Numbered from the stretch's first letter, positions 12,838-26,289 are shown. The stretch: DNA of 64,000 bases from Azolla caroliniana (GCA_043228905.1 JBHGNT010000005.1:6572001-6636000), one strand, 5' to 3'. A program made the numbers and translations. The notes: a model not told the origin generated them from the sequence alone.

Positions 12838-15800
12838 AAGAGTCTTTTCTTATTCCATAAGACAATAATACAACCAACCTTACAAAAAGGTTACAAGGTC
12901 ACTATATATAGTGACCGACTTAGGGCAACTACCATTTATGCTAATTACACAAATGGCCCAAACTTGATCTATACAAAGGGATAGTGTGAATACGTCCATT
13001 ATACACTTGTATTCGACACTCCCCCGTAATGGGCGTATACATGGGTTATCTAAGATTACAGGTATAAACCTAGGTTCTCGGACATATCAGTTTTGTTCGA
13101 GTCGGCAGGGTCCGAAGGCAGAAGACCGGACTGGTCGGGTCGGAAGAGTTGAAGCCGATCATTAGGGAACTGATGTCGGTTGTCTGAAACCATCCTGCGC
13201 TGTGTCCGGCTCTAACCGGACTGATTTGTCGTTACGCCCATCTGATGCCGAAGGGACCGAAAGCGGTCTGCCGAAAGACACTTGGTCAGTCCATCTGCGA
13301 CATTGTCGGTTGTGGATATTTTCTCTAGACCGATTTTCCCTGAAATGACGCAGTCCCGAACGAAGTGATATCGAACGTCGATATGTTTGGAGGCGTTGTG
13401 GTGAACCGGATTTCTCGACAAGGCAACATCACCTTGACTGTCGCTATAGACAACTGGAGTCGAGTCATGGTCGACTTGCCGAAACGTGTGCGCCAGCCGG
13501 CCGAGCCACAAAGCTTCTTTTGCAGCGTCGGACGCAGCTACATATTCTGCTTCGGTTGTTGAGGTCGCTGTGCACTCCTGAAGTTTCGACTTCCACGAAA
13601 TTGCTCCATTGCCGAATTTGAAGCAGTATCCGGTTGTTGATTTCCGACTGTCTATACAGCCGGCGAAGTCCGAGTCGGTGTAACCGACTACGCCTGAGGT
13701 TGAGTTCGGATCGAAAAGAATGCCGTGATCTTTTGTGCCAGCCAGATATTTGAACACATGCTTGACTGCGTTCCAATGCGATCGGCCAGGATTGTGCATA
13801 AATCTGCTAACGACTCCTACGGCATGAGAGATATCAGGCCGTGTCGCGACCATCAGGTACATAAGGGAGCCGACTGCCGGTGCATACGGTACCGACTTCA
13901 TATCTTCCCCCTCCGGACCGGATGTCGGGCAGTCTCGCTGAGAGAGCCGAAGGTTCATGGGGAGCGGGGTTGAAGCAGATTTGGCTGATTTCATGTTGAA
14001 GTGTTCCAAGACACGTCCGATATAGTCGGTCTGAGACAAAAAAAGATGTCGTTTATCGCGATGCCGACTAATCTTCATGCCAAGTATGTGTCGTGTCGGA
14101 CCGAGGTCCTTCATGGCAAACTTCAACCGCAGTTGCCGAATGAGATCGGCAAGTTCGCCCGCGTGGCGTCCAGAAATTAGCATGTCGTCCACGTAAATGA
14201 TGAGGAAGATGGGTGATCCATCTTGAGCTGTGTTGGTAAAAAGACAATGGTCCTCATCGCTTTTTGAGAAGCCGATCGATTGGATGAAGTCATCGAACTT
14301 CTTGTACCATTGTCGCGGTGCCTGTTTGAGGCCGTATAGACTCTTCCTGAGTCGGCAGACTAGATGTTCTTGGCCAGTTGCCACGAAGCCTTTTGGCTGC
14401 TCCATATAAATTTCCTCTTCAAGATCACCATGGAGGAAGGCTGTTTTGACATCTAGCTGAATCAGCTCCAAGTTGTCGGCTGCCACTACGCCGAGTAGAA
14501 AACGAAGGGTTGTCATTTTCACCACTGGTGAAAAAATCTCGTCGAAGTCGACGCCATATTCTTGTCGGAAGCCCTTCACAACTAATCTGGCCTTGTACTT
14601 TGGGGTGGTCGAATCAGACGTCTCTTTTAGTCGATAAACCCACTTGCAAGGAAGAGCACGTCGATTCTTAGGTAGTTCGACCAGATCCCAAGTCTTGTTT
14701 GCCCGAATGGAGTGCATTTCCGACTCCATCGCCAGATGCCAGGTGGCTGAATCGACAAATGTCGATGCTTCTTCGTAAGACGTCGGTTCGCCGGCGTCGG
14801 TGAAGAAAATTCCAGGAGAATACCTCTCCGGGGGTTGTGACAGTCTCTCGGATCGTCGAGGTATGATTGAACTGGTCGCATCGGGTATCGAGGTCGGATG
14901 GTCCGAAAGCGAATCATTCGGCTGTACCGAGTCAGAGTTGTCCGAGTCAGTAGTGTAAGGTTCAGCTACCCGTGAAGCTGACCGTGTGTTAAGAGCGGGG
15001 CCTTCTTGAAGGGTCGGCACATCGGAAAATGTTACCCTTCGGACTTCGATCGGTTTTGCGACTGATGGATTCATAGCCGACTCGTTGAACACAACGTCCG
15101 AACTTCGAACGATTTGTCTGCGTTCGGGGTCCCAGAGTCGGTATCCCATTTCGCCGTCTGATCCATATCCAAGGAAAATGCATTTCCTGGACCGAGGTGC
15201 AAGTTTTCGGCGATCATCTTTCGGAATAAGGGCGTACGCCTCGCATCCGAAGATCCTCAGCTTGTCGTAATTCGGCTTACTGCCGATCCATAGTTCCTGA
15301 GGAATTTGAAGTCCTAGAGATCTGCTTGGCGACATATTGATTATGTGTACTGCCGTGAGTAGAGCCTCTGCCCAGAAGCCATCCGACAGTCCGGAGTGTT
15401 GGAGCATGGAAACTATCCGTTCTTGGATTGTCCGATTCATGCGTTCTGCAATCCCGTTTTGCTCCGGACTGTGTGGTGCCGTAAATTCACGTCGGGTGCC
15501 GCGTTGTCGGCAGAATTTGACGAATTCTTCTGATTTGAACTCTCCCCCATTGTCGGTCCGAAAGCATTTCAGTTTTCGGTCAGTTTGATTTTCTACCATA
15601 GCGAGCCAATCGGAGAAGATCGAGAAGACACGATCTTTGGTGCGAATTGGATAAGCCCACACCTTGCGAGTCGAATCGTCAATAAAACTGATGAAGTAAG
15701 AGGCACCGCCGAGAGACTGATGCGGCATTGGGCCACAGACGTCCGAGTGGACTAAATCAAGAGGTCTCGTTTCTCTTGGTGCTGATGTCGGGTGTGATGC

Positions 15801-18236
15801 GGCTGCTTGTTTGCCATACTGGCAATGTTCGCAGAATTGATGGTCCGAGAAGGAGAGTTTAGGGATGTATCCAGCTCTAGATAGGTGCGTAATGCCGGCC
15901 TTGCTGAGGTGTCCTAATCTTCTGTGCCATAGTGATGACACAGGTATATCCACCAAAAACAGGTTACCCTCTCTGAGCGTAACATGTAACGGATACAGTG
16001 AGTGTATCTTGGGTCCTCTAGCAAGCAGGAGGTTCCCCCTGTGGAGTGTCCACCCTCCCGAAGAAAAACCGGCACGAATGCCGTCTTCATCTAGTTGTCC
16101 GACTGAGATCAATGGCCTTGAGAGCTCGGGTACATGTCGGACATTGTGAAGTACAAGTGTAGAGCCACCTACAAGGTTGAGCTCTACTGTGCCGATTCCA
16201 ATGATGTCACAATGTTGCGAGTTGCCGACTCGAACTGAGTCGGAGTGACGGATCGTATATTGCCGAAATTGGGATCGATGAGGAGTCACGTGAAATGACG
16301 CGCCCGAATCTAAGAGCCATGTGCTCGATTCTTCAGTCGTGAGCAGAACTTCTGATCCGACTGGATTTTCGATTGATAGTATATTCGGGTCGTTTGGTAG
16401 CACATCAGCTGAGAAGCTGACGTAATTGATCTCCTCATGCCGGCCACTCTTCTTGTCTGATTTCTGAGACTTGTCGTTCTTGTTCTTGAGTGCGCGGTAG
16501 TCGGCTTTGATGTGTCCGGGTTTCTTGCAATAGTTGCAGATTCGATTATCCCGTGACTGGCTCCGTCTTCGCTGATTGTTCGGCTGCCGTGAGGAATCTC
16601 TTCCTCGTATGTTCGATCGGTCTGTCGAACCTTGTACTACAAAAGCGTCGTCTGTTGAGTCTTTGGCGAAAGACTTTCTCCGAGCTGCTTCGGTCAGGAT
16701 TGCGCTCGTGACTTCGGAGTATTTAACAGCCGTGGTTGACGCGTTGCACACGGTTGTGAAGAAAGTTTCCCATGATGAGGGAAGGTTGCTCATGAGTATC
16801 ATTGCTCTGAGTTCATCCTCGATTGCCGTCCCCTAAGATGAGATTTGGGAGCTTATGCTTTCGTACTCATTGAGATGTGCTTGAACCGAATCGGATTCTT
16901 TCATTCGCAAGTTGTAGAGGCGCCGGATCAGAAACATCTTTGTTGCAGCGACCTTCTTTTCGTAGGTGTCCGACAGTGTTTTCCACAGTTCGAATGCTGT
17001 CGTACACGATTGCACCGTAAAGTATACTGATTCCGATAGGTGCATCCGAATCGTGGCGCGGACGATTCTGTCCAGCTTCTGCCACTCAATTGGTTTGTAT
17101 CCTTCTGGAGGTTCTTCATTTTCGATGGGATCGATTTGCCCCTTGACTATGAGATAGTCCTGCATTTGCTCCTTCCAGAAGTTGAAGTTCGATCCATCGA
17201 ACTTTCGTAGACTCATTTCTGACGAGCCGGATGTGGATGCCATCAAATTTGGTTTCGGTTGACGAAGCTCGGTTCGGAGTCAACTATGAACCTCGTTGGA
17301 GTGCAGCCGATTGGCTCACCCGATATCGTTCTAGTCGGATTTGAACCCGAGTCGGTTCGGCTTCGGATATATGTATTGTTGAACTTGCTCGAATTGACTC
17401 CGGTATCTTGAGGGACAGAACCGACTGGTCTTCCCGAATGTTGCCGAGTCGGAGTGAGCCCGGTTCGCTTCCGAATATATATGCCAAATACCGATTATTG
17501 AAACCGATTGTCTGGACCGATTCTGCTTCGGGTGACTGCAGCGACGAGAGAGACGGATCCAACTGATCCTCCCGAATGTCGATCAGCCGGATGAAGCACG
17601 AATTGGGGTTGTTGTCTTGAGACCGATCTGCATCGAGTGGTTACAATGAGCGGCGAGTAGCGTTTGATGACCTCTTCGGATGCCGTTTAACCGAGTGGAG
17701 CACGATCGTGTCAGTGTTGCACAAGGGGATTTCACCTCGAGCGGTTACGATCACAGGGAACAGAGTACAGCCGGCTGGCTTACTCCAAGCGAAGATGATC
17801 TAACGCGATGAGATGCAAGCCTCGTTTTTCTTCTTCTCTCTTCTTCGAATGACGCAGGAAACCGAATGCTGTGCAGGCTGAGACGACGGCCGACAGCGGA
17901 TTGAAGGACCGAATACTGTGCAGGCTCTGATACCAGATGTTGAAGACAAGGCCGTGTCGATGCGGAAGATCAAATAGCATTCGATTAGGGTTGAATACCT
18001 GCGTATGACAGTTTCTAAGATCGCGCACAGAGAGAGAGAGAGAGAGACACACACAAAGAGTCTTTTCTTATTCCATAAGACAATAATACAACCAACCTTA
18101 CAAAAAGGTTACAAGGTCACTATATATAGTGACCGACTTAGGGCAACTACCATTTATGCTAATTACACAAATGGCCCAAACTTGATCTATACAAAGGGAT
18201 AGTGTGAATACGTCCATTATACACTTGTATTCGACA
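12716..18236 (-). mobile_element. Full-length, young Ty1/copia LTR retrotransposon
   Basis: LTRs 12716-13018 and 17938-18236 (TG...CA) differ by eye only in an (AG)n/(AC)n tract. TSD AATGG is at 12711-12715 and 18237-18241. The iMet PBS is at 17935-17923 and the PPT at ~13019-13027. Confidence 0.97.
13212..17246 (-). pseudogene. Copia gag-pol (gag, CCHC knuckle, protease, integrase, RT, RNase H) with one in-frame TAG at 16833-16835
   Basis: ORFs 16833-17246 and 13212-16802 are in the same frame. Motifs CNYCKKPGH, WLLDSGASFH, HSDVCGP, YVDDML and KHIDVRYHF. Confidence 0.95.
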
Positions 18237-18764
18237 AATGGGTTGTCTAAATCCCGAGGATTAAAAGTAATCCTTCCCTTCTTTACACTCTCGTTTAACC
18301 CTCACACTTTATCCACGTGTATAGAATACTATGGTAAATTCTCGCCACGGGATATTATATGGTCATGCTTGTAACAAGCATGGTACCGATTTTCTCCCAG
18401 AGCACATGACCCTTACTTTCTTCGTTGAAGTTGTTGTACAGGGTCATGGGTGAAAGCATGCGAGTGGAAATGATTAGCTATGTCCTTGACATAGCTAATT
18501 AGCTATGCAAAAAGCTACCATTGATAAATAGTGATTTTTGCAAAGAACTACCATTGATAAACTAGCTATGCAAAAAGCTACCATTGAAAATAGTAGAGAG
18601 TTTTAATTATATAAATGTGCAACATAAACGTGCAACATAAATAGATATGCGCACCATAAATGTGCACCATAAATTATATACCGAATTGCTAGGTCCATTA
18701 TGCATGATCCTTTGCCACATCACATGGGCCATTTTTGGTTGAGTATTCTGGCTTAGATTACTAC

Positions 18765-19730
18765 CACTACTGCTAAACCCTATTTAGTTCACTCCTCCAT
18801 TGCCGCCATTCTACACTCAATTACCGACACTGTGTGGTCCAAGTATCCTCTACCACAGTTCGATCCAATGGGGTTCACTCCTCCATTGCCACCATTGTAC
18901 ACTCAGTTGTCACTACTATGAAGGTCGTATATTACTGCCACTTTTTGATCCGACGGAGTTAACTCCTCCAATGCCGCCATTCTACTCTCAGTTGCCATCA
19001 CTGTGCGTTCCAAGCATCATCTGCCACTGTTCGATGTGATGGAGTTCACTCCTCCATTGCCATCATTCTACATTCAGTTGCCGCTACTATTCGGTGACGG
19101 TCCTGGATTGCTGCCACTTTTCGATTTGACGGAGTTCACTCATCCATTGCCACCATTCTACACTTAGTTGCCGCTACTGTTTGGTCGTGTATTACTGCCA
19201 TTTTTCGATCTGAGGGAGTTCACTACTTCTCCACTGCCGCCATTGTACTCTCAGTTGTCGTCACTGTGCATTCCAAGCATCATTTGCCACTGTTCGATCT
19301 AACGGAGTTCACTCCTCCATTGCCATCATTCTACACTTATTTGCCGCTACTGTTCGGTCCTGGATTGCTGCCACTTTTCGATTTGATGGAGTTCACTCAT
19401 CCATTGCCATCATTCTACACTTAGTTACCGCTACTATTCGGTGGTGTATTGCTGCCACTTTTCGATCCGAAGGAGTTCACTCCTTCTCCACTATTGCCAT
19501 TCTACTCTCAGTTGTCGTCATTGTGCGTTCCAAGCATCATCTGCCACTGTTCGATCCGATAGAATTCACCCCTCCATTGCCATCATTCTACACTCAGTTG
19601 CCGCCATTGTTAGGTCCTGGATTGTCAAAATTGTTTGATCAAATGGAGTTTACTCCTCCACTGCTGCCATTCTACACTCAGTTGCCGCCACTATTCGGCC
19701 CTAGATTACCGCCATTGTTCGATCTTGGAT
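18765..19730. repeat. Tandem repeat, 84-89-bp unit, ~11 copies, with 3-unit higher-order structure
   Basis: The GGAGTTCAC-like anchor recurs at 19041, 19131, 19215, 19304, 19388, 19472, 19561 and 19645. Confidence 0.9.
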
Positions 19731-19872
19731 TTGAATAACTATTCTATCTATTGATTATCTTGTGTATAATCTTGTGTATTGCGGAATCTTTTTGTGTATT
19801 GTTGTTGCCCATAGACATCTTTAATACGTGTCTTTTTTTCGGGAAAATTAGGGTTTAAACCCATCAAGCCAA

Positions 19873-22800
19873 ATGGAAGGGGAAGGAGGGTGTTTAGAAT
19901 TACCCCTCAATGATCGTCAGGATAGGGATGACGCTATCAGGACACAACAAGCGATACGAAAGTATTGGGCAGAAAAAAATAAAAAACATCGTCAATTGTT
20001 GAAGGATACGAAAGCCACACTCACTAAAGGTAAAGATAGTATTGGTTGGGATATAGGTCCAAATATCACTGAGAATGGAAGTAATGAGACTACTATCATA
20101 GAGAGAAAGGTTGTAGACTATTTCAATGTTCAAACTAAGCACATCAGCAATAAAGACAAGAAGGTAGTACTTTATGGAATATTAAATGATCCATCGATAA
20201 AGGAGTTGGTTGATTGTGATGGTCTTAATGCAAACATAACATCTGTACTAGTAAATAATCTCCGTAATAGTTTCGTATCCATGAGCAGATCAGAAGATGA
20301 TCTTGTCTTAAAAAGGTCGAGTCTAATGATGTTACTTAATAGTGATGTTGACGATATTAACATCAGCGTGCTAGCTAAGGTAATTGGCGTTAGTAGAAAA
20401 AGTGTGTACAATACATTGAACCGGATAGTTTCCTCGGGTGACAGAACGAGTCTGTTAAAGCTAACAAGAAGATGTAAGCTAATGACACCCATAACATCAA
20501 AAATCAAGGATATAACCACAATATTTTGGACTAATGAGAGTAGGGTTTCACCCAATAAGAAGGATTTATGCAGGAAACGTGTTGGAAGGAGTCAATACGA
20601 GGAGCATCCCATTCATCTTCTTGATGTACCTCAAGTATTTACATTTATCTCAACATTTGTTTTGACTTTTGAGCTTAGTTAGTTAGCTTATTAGCTACCT
20701 CTGAATATGACCATAATACCCAAATAGCTAATTACCTACCTCAGAATATGACCATAGCTAACTAGCTACCAATAATAACTAATTAGCTACCAAAATAGCT
20801 AATTAGCTCCCTAAGAATATTGAACATGACTATTTAGCTACCAGAATAACTAATTAGCTACCAGAATAACTATTTAGCTACCACAATAGCTAATTAGCTG
20901 CCTATAACAATAGCTAATTAGCGTTGCTTATGGCTATAGCTAATTAGCTACCAGAATTGCTAATCCCCTACTAAAAATAGCTATTGTACTAAACTATGGT
21001 AGTAGCTAATTAGCTATTGTACTAAACTAGGTAGTAGCTAATTAGCTACCATTTAGCTAATTAGCTACTTTATTAAACTATGGGAGTAGCTAATTAGCTA
21101 CCACTTAGCTAATTAGCTACTCAGCTAAACTATGGTAGTAGCTAATTAGCTACCACTTAGCTAATTAGCTACCACTTAGCTAATTAGCTACTCAGTTGAA
21201 CTATGGTAGTAGCTAATTAGCTACCAATTAGCTAATTAGCAACTCAGCTAAAGTATGGTAATAGCTAATTAGCCACTATAACTAAAGTATGGTAGTAGCT
21301 AATTAGCTACCACTTAGCTAAAGTATGGTAGTAGCTTATTAGCTACCACTTAGCTAACTAGCTACTCAGCTAAAGTATGGTAGTAGCTAATTAGCGACTC
21401 AGCTAAAGTATGGTAGTAGCACTACCACTTAGCTAATTAGCTACTCAGCTGAAGTATGGTAGTAGCTAATTAGCTACCAGTTAGCTAATTAGTGACTCAG
21501 CTAAAAGATGGTAGTAGCTAATTAGCCACTATAACTACAATATGGTAGTAGATTATTAGCTACCACTTAACTATTTAACTATTGTACTAAACTATAGTAG
21601 TAGCTAATTAGCTAAGTGGTAGCTAATTAGCTACTCAACTAAAGTATGCTACTAGCTAATTAGCCATTATAACTAAACTATGGTAGTAGCTAATTAGCTA
21701 CTATACTAAAGTATGGTAGTAACTAATTAGCTACCATTTAGTTAATTAGCTACTGTACTAAATTATGGTAGTAGCTAATTAGCTACCACTTATCTATTTA
21801 GCTACTCAGCTAAAGTGTGGTAGTCACTAATTAGCTATTGTACTAAACTATGGTAGTCGCTAATTAGCTACCACTTAGCTAATTAGCTACTGTACTACAC
21901 TATGGTAGTAGCTAATTAGCTACCACTTAGCTAATTAGCTATTGTACTAAACTATGGTAGTAGCTAATTAGCTACCATTTAGCTAATTAGCTATTGTATT
22001 AAACTATGGTAGTAGCTAATTAGCTACTCAACTAAAGTATGGTAGTTGCTAATTAGCTACCACTTAGCTAATTAGCTACTGTACTAAACTATGGTAGTAG
22101 TTCATTAGCTACCACTTAGCTAATTAGCTACTCAACTAAAGTATGATAGTAGCTAATTAGCTACCACTTAGCTAATTAGCTATTGTACTAAACTATGGTA
22201 GTAGCTAATTAGCCACCACTTAGCTAATTAGCTATTGTACTAAACTATGGTAGTAGCTAATTAGCTACCATTTAGCTAATTAGCTACTCAACTAAAGTAT
22301 GGTAGTAGCTAATTAGCTACCACTTAGCAATAAAGCTAATCAGTATGTCCATTTTATTACGCAGGTCGATTTATTTATTAGGTTCAGGCGAATGCATCCA
22401 AATATCAAAGTTCAACTACGAACATTCGAGTCTCTAAAGCCACACTTTCTGAGACGCTTGAAGGATCAATACACATGTTGTTGCATTTACCATGTACAAA
22501 TGGGTTTTCTCAAGAACTTTGTTAATCTACTACATCACCATAACGCCTCCCTAACAAATGCAGTTTGCACTTGTGTGTGCCCAATTTGTCGATCGAGCCT
22601 GCATGAGCACTGTAAATCATCTGAGCATGTTATCTCTTCCATGAGTTGTCTTTTAGATTCAGTATTGTGTTCGACAAAAACTAAGGCCATCTTCCACAGT
22701 CATAAATGTGTCATGGGTTTATGTCAAGATTGTGGCCCTAGTAGATTTAGGTGTCCAAATGAATTGAGTAGTGAAATACTAATCTTTGTCAAGTTATTTG

Positions 22801-23686
22801 AGTCAATTGACACCAATTTCGAAGGAAAGGTGTGTAAAAGAAAGGATCTAGTTAGGAAGTCACTTAAACCAAGGGATTTGGCGTTTCTATTTGTAGTATC
22901 TCTAGGAAAGTTCATTAAACACAACTTCATTTATTCATGGCAAGCCCATCAATTTAAGACTTGCATATCTAATTTTTCCAAATGATGTAGTAGTCTTAGT
23001 AGTAGATTTCGTAGAGAATTATACTTTTAAGCAGTAGAATGAAATTCAATCTATGCATTGGTGTTTAGCGCAGGTAACCATTTTTGTGCACAACATATTT
23101 TCGAGTTTCAGGTGATGTTAAAAACGTAAGTCATTTTTTTATTTCTGATGATAAGAAGCCTGATACCTTGTTTGTCCAACATTGTTTTAACTTACATTGG
23201 CAATGGAACAAAGCATATATTCATAATTGGGAGTATCATACATTGAACGATAAGGAAGCAGTTGATGGAGAAACAGAAAAGAATGCTGACTTCACATATC
23301 AAGGACGTGGAGATACTCTGAGTGATGTCTTAAATGTTGGGGATAATTTCGTTGTAAATGCAGAAGAAGGCAATTCAAAGGGTGTTGATTTCTATATATT
23401 GAAGTGCACGGTTAGTAAACAGTGTGCAACGCAGAATATATTAGATGCTTGGGGAAATGTTGTATCTACCGGGACATTCTACATCGAAGGTATTTTTTAT
23501 GTAAGACTAGATTATTACGATTATGTGTATAGGCTATTAGAAGACAAACCAATGGCGTACATGTACTCTCATTTAGTCAGGTGCATCAATGTCCCAATGT
23601 CACAATACAATAGCTGCTCAGGTTTATACACAATTAGTGCTAATGTGTATGAATGTATTTACAACAGTATGCCATGGAGTTTGTAG
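19873..23686 (+). pseudogene. Sola2-type DDE transposase, two exons (19873-20634, 22365-23686), with a frameshift, a stop and a deleted catalytic centre
   Basis: The phase-0 GT-AG intron 20635-22364 joins HLLDVPQ/VDLFIRFRRMHPNIK. Motifs FESLKP..TCCCIYH, CVMGLCQDCG, VVDFVENYTF (shifted frame, D at 23005) and HFFISDD. The expected downstream SDG..QFK and HGK..DG blocks are absent. Confidence 0.75.
20680..22340. repeat. Array built on the palindrome TAGCTAATTAGCTA, filling the transposase intron
   Basis: Dozens of copies are interspersed with CCACT and TACTAAACTATGGTAG spacers. Confidence 0.95.
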
Positions 23687-24199
23687 CTACAAGTAGCAAT
23701 TACCAGTTTTCTTGTAAAACAAACAAAGCACATATATTGCAAATAAACAGTTTAATGGAATTGTTTGGGAGTTTTTTTTTTATATACAGTCTACTTTTTG
23801 TGCTTCTTTCTCAACAAAATCGTGTGTCATTTTTATATATAGTCTTCTTTCTGATATACAATTTAATAATATCGTTTAGGGTTCTTCTTTCTGAGATACA
23901 GAATTACTCAAGTGAACCATGTACAAGTTAAAATAGTTTGCATAATTTTAAGAAAAAACACTATCATGAAATCAACAATCCTGAACATACTGTTAAAATT
24001 ACACAGTAGATAAGTTGCTCTAAACAAGCAATTTAATTCTTCATTGATTAAGTGGTAGCAAATTATATATTTATAACATCCCATTGCCAATGTCTTGAAA
24101 TCGCCTATAAACAGCTAAGCTCTTGCTAGTCAGTGGAAGTTTTCTACATATATGGTTTGCCTACCGAGCTCGGTATGGAGTCCACAACCATGTAGCTAG

Positions 24200-25806
24200 T
24201 TGGCAGCTCAATGTTTTCACCAAATTGTGTTCAGGCATTTCATCAGGTAGAATGAGACAGCATCTGCGAATGTTGAAGTAATGTCGGAAATGTTATGTAT
24301 CCAGAATCAACGTATTGTCGGCATTATAATCTAGCCAAGTGTCCCAAAAATCAGAAAGTCTTTTGAATCTTGCAACATCATTTTGCTCACAATTCTCTCG
24401 TATCCATTAACCCTTGAAATGTTGCCACTTCCACACATCTGTACATGGTTTTTCGCTCCAAATAAATAAATCAAAGTATTGCACAACCCACACCAGAAAT
24501 TGATTTGCGTCCCTCCTTGGTGTCATATATCGCACACTCATCAGGACTTTATCAAGCTCCAAGATCAAGGCTCTTCTTTCGACTTCTAATGGTTTAGGTT
24601 TCCATTCCTGTAATTGAGCCTCTGTTACACCAATTACTGGTTGCACACGATCAATTTCAATCAACTCAAGTTCTGTCGGCACAATTGGTGTCCTTTTCCT
24701 CTTGAAACCCCTGGTCAACTGTGTTGGGCCTGGCTTCACATTCTGGTGCTCTTGTGTTGTCGACTTAGTCATTGGCTCGGTGCATGTAGATATTGATCTG
24801 GTCGATATCAGCCCACTGGTATCACATGTTGCATCTACCTGCAAAATCACATCATCAGTGCAACATGATTGATCAACTTGTGTGACCAGATCATTTGTGT
24901 CAATTGTTACATCTACTTTCAAGATGTGGCCCTCTAAACACACAGCAACATCAACAGTTTCCACGCTGCCATCGGCCTTAGGAGCAATAGATTCAAACCC
25001 TTTAGACTCTACAACATCAGAAAACACCAACATATTCACACTCACAAAGTAACTAACAGTGTCACAAAACAACATAATGAACATGAAATATTTTCCATCA
25101 TAGAAACATGAACATAATTATCTTGGAGAAACATCATAGAGTTCCATTACATAATGTGGATCAAGCAACAACCAATCTAAGGTTTTACTTGTCCAAATAT
25201 ATCATAGTAAAACTTCATAAAACCCTAGGAAAATCGCTAACAATCATATCCCACTAATAAGTATTTCGCTCCAATTCAAGAGCCCCTTGACCGAGTAATT
25301 GGTCTTGTCCCCGATCATGGCCCCTTCTTCAGGCTTTTTCTAGCCGGTTGCCCATTTAGCCTTGCTTCTTTGACCCATTGCACAAGTGTGTCCTCCTCCG
25401 ACAACCTTTCCATCACCTTAGCAGCGGCTTGCAAGTCAACCACGTTTTGCACTAGCTTTTCCAGTACAGTGGGATTTGTTTGGACATTATCAACAGTTGG
25501 GCTCAGTGGGGTGGAATCAAGGTTTTGGGATTCGAAGAAATGTTGCATCAAGTGTTCAAAAACACTATTGTTGTGAACCTCAAATTTACATGTTGTTTCC
25601 AATATTTCATGGCTTTTCATATCGTTGCCTAATTCATTACCATCTTCCAAAAGAATAGGGTGGAGCTAATCTAAAGGAGATGTGATAGGAGGACTCTTAC
25701 TTTCAGCCACATTGGCAACTATCTCCTCATCGGTTGTAGCGTCATCAGCACCAAACAGCTCATGCACCCTCCTTAATCCACAAGACTCTACATCAACATG
25801 GTTGCT
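24200..25806 (-). pseudogene. Degenerate transposon cargo gene with a C-terminal FCP1/NIF (HAD phosphatase)-like domain
   Basis: RRALILELDKVL..RRDANQFLVWVVQYFDLFIWS, then past a stop FKRLSDFWDTWLDYNADNTLILD. This matches the LILDLDxTL..FL..F..W..KDL..NTLLIDD layout of FCP1-homology domains. An upstream exon lies at 25315-25806. Confidence 0.6.
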
Positions 25807-26142
25807 AATTAGCTAAATCTTAGCTAACTAGTTATTCTTCTAGACTAAGACAATAGCTAATTAGCTACCACTGAGCTAATTAGCTACTTCGCTTAGGTAT
25901 GGTACTAGCTAATTAGCTACTCAACTAAAGTATGGTACTAGCTAATTAGCAACCCAACTAAAGTACGGTACTAGCTAATTAGGCACTATAACTAAAGTAT
26001 GGTAGTAGCTAATTAGCTATTGTACTAAACTATGGTAGTAGTTAATTAGCTACTCAGCTAAAGTATGGTAGTCGCTAATTAGCTACCACTTAGCTAATTA
26101 GCTATTGTACTAAACTATGGTAGTAGTTAATTAGCTACCACT
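25800..26142. repeat. TAGCTAATTAGCTA array (left part, split by the gypsy insertion)
   Basis: Same units as 20680-22340. The array resumes at 48149. Confidence 0.92.
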
Positions 26143-26242
26143 TGTCAGGAACATTACTAAGACAGAGAAGGAATTAGTACTAAAAGAAGTATTAGTACTA
26201 AGAGAGGTGAAGAACTCTTGAGAGAAGGAAAGAGTGAGTGAA

Positions 26243-26289
<47 letters not shown>

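Larger units (their letters stand above)
4936..18376 (-). mobile_element. Decayed chromoviral Ty3/gypsy LTR retrotransposon with nested insertions
   Basis: The 5' LTR is 18376-18237 plus 12715-12404, split by a copia. The tRNA-iMet PBS TGGTATCAGAGCC is at 12401-12389. The 3' LTR start TGTTACAAGCATGACCATATAATATCCC (4965-4938) is identical to 18376-18349. Confidence 0.85.

Noticed and set aside
20680-22340. CRISPR-like array
   Set aside because: Spacers are short and repetitive rather than unique, no cas genes are present, and the context is a eukaryotic intron.
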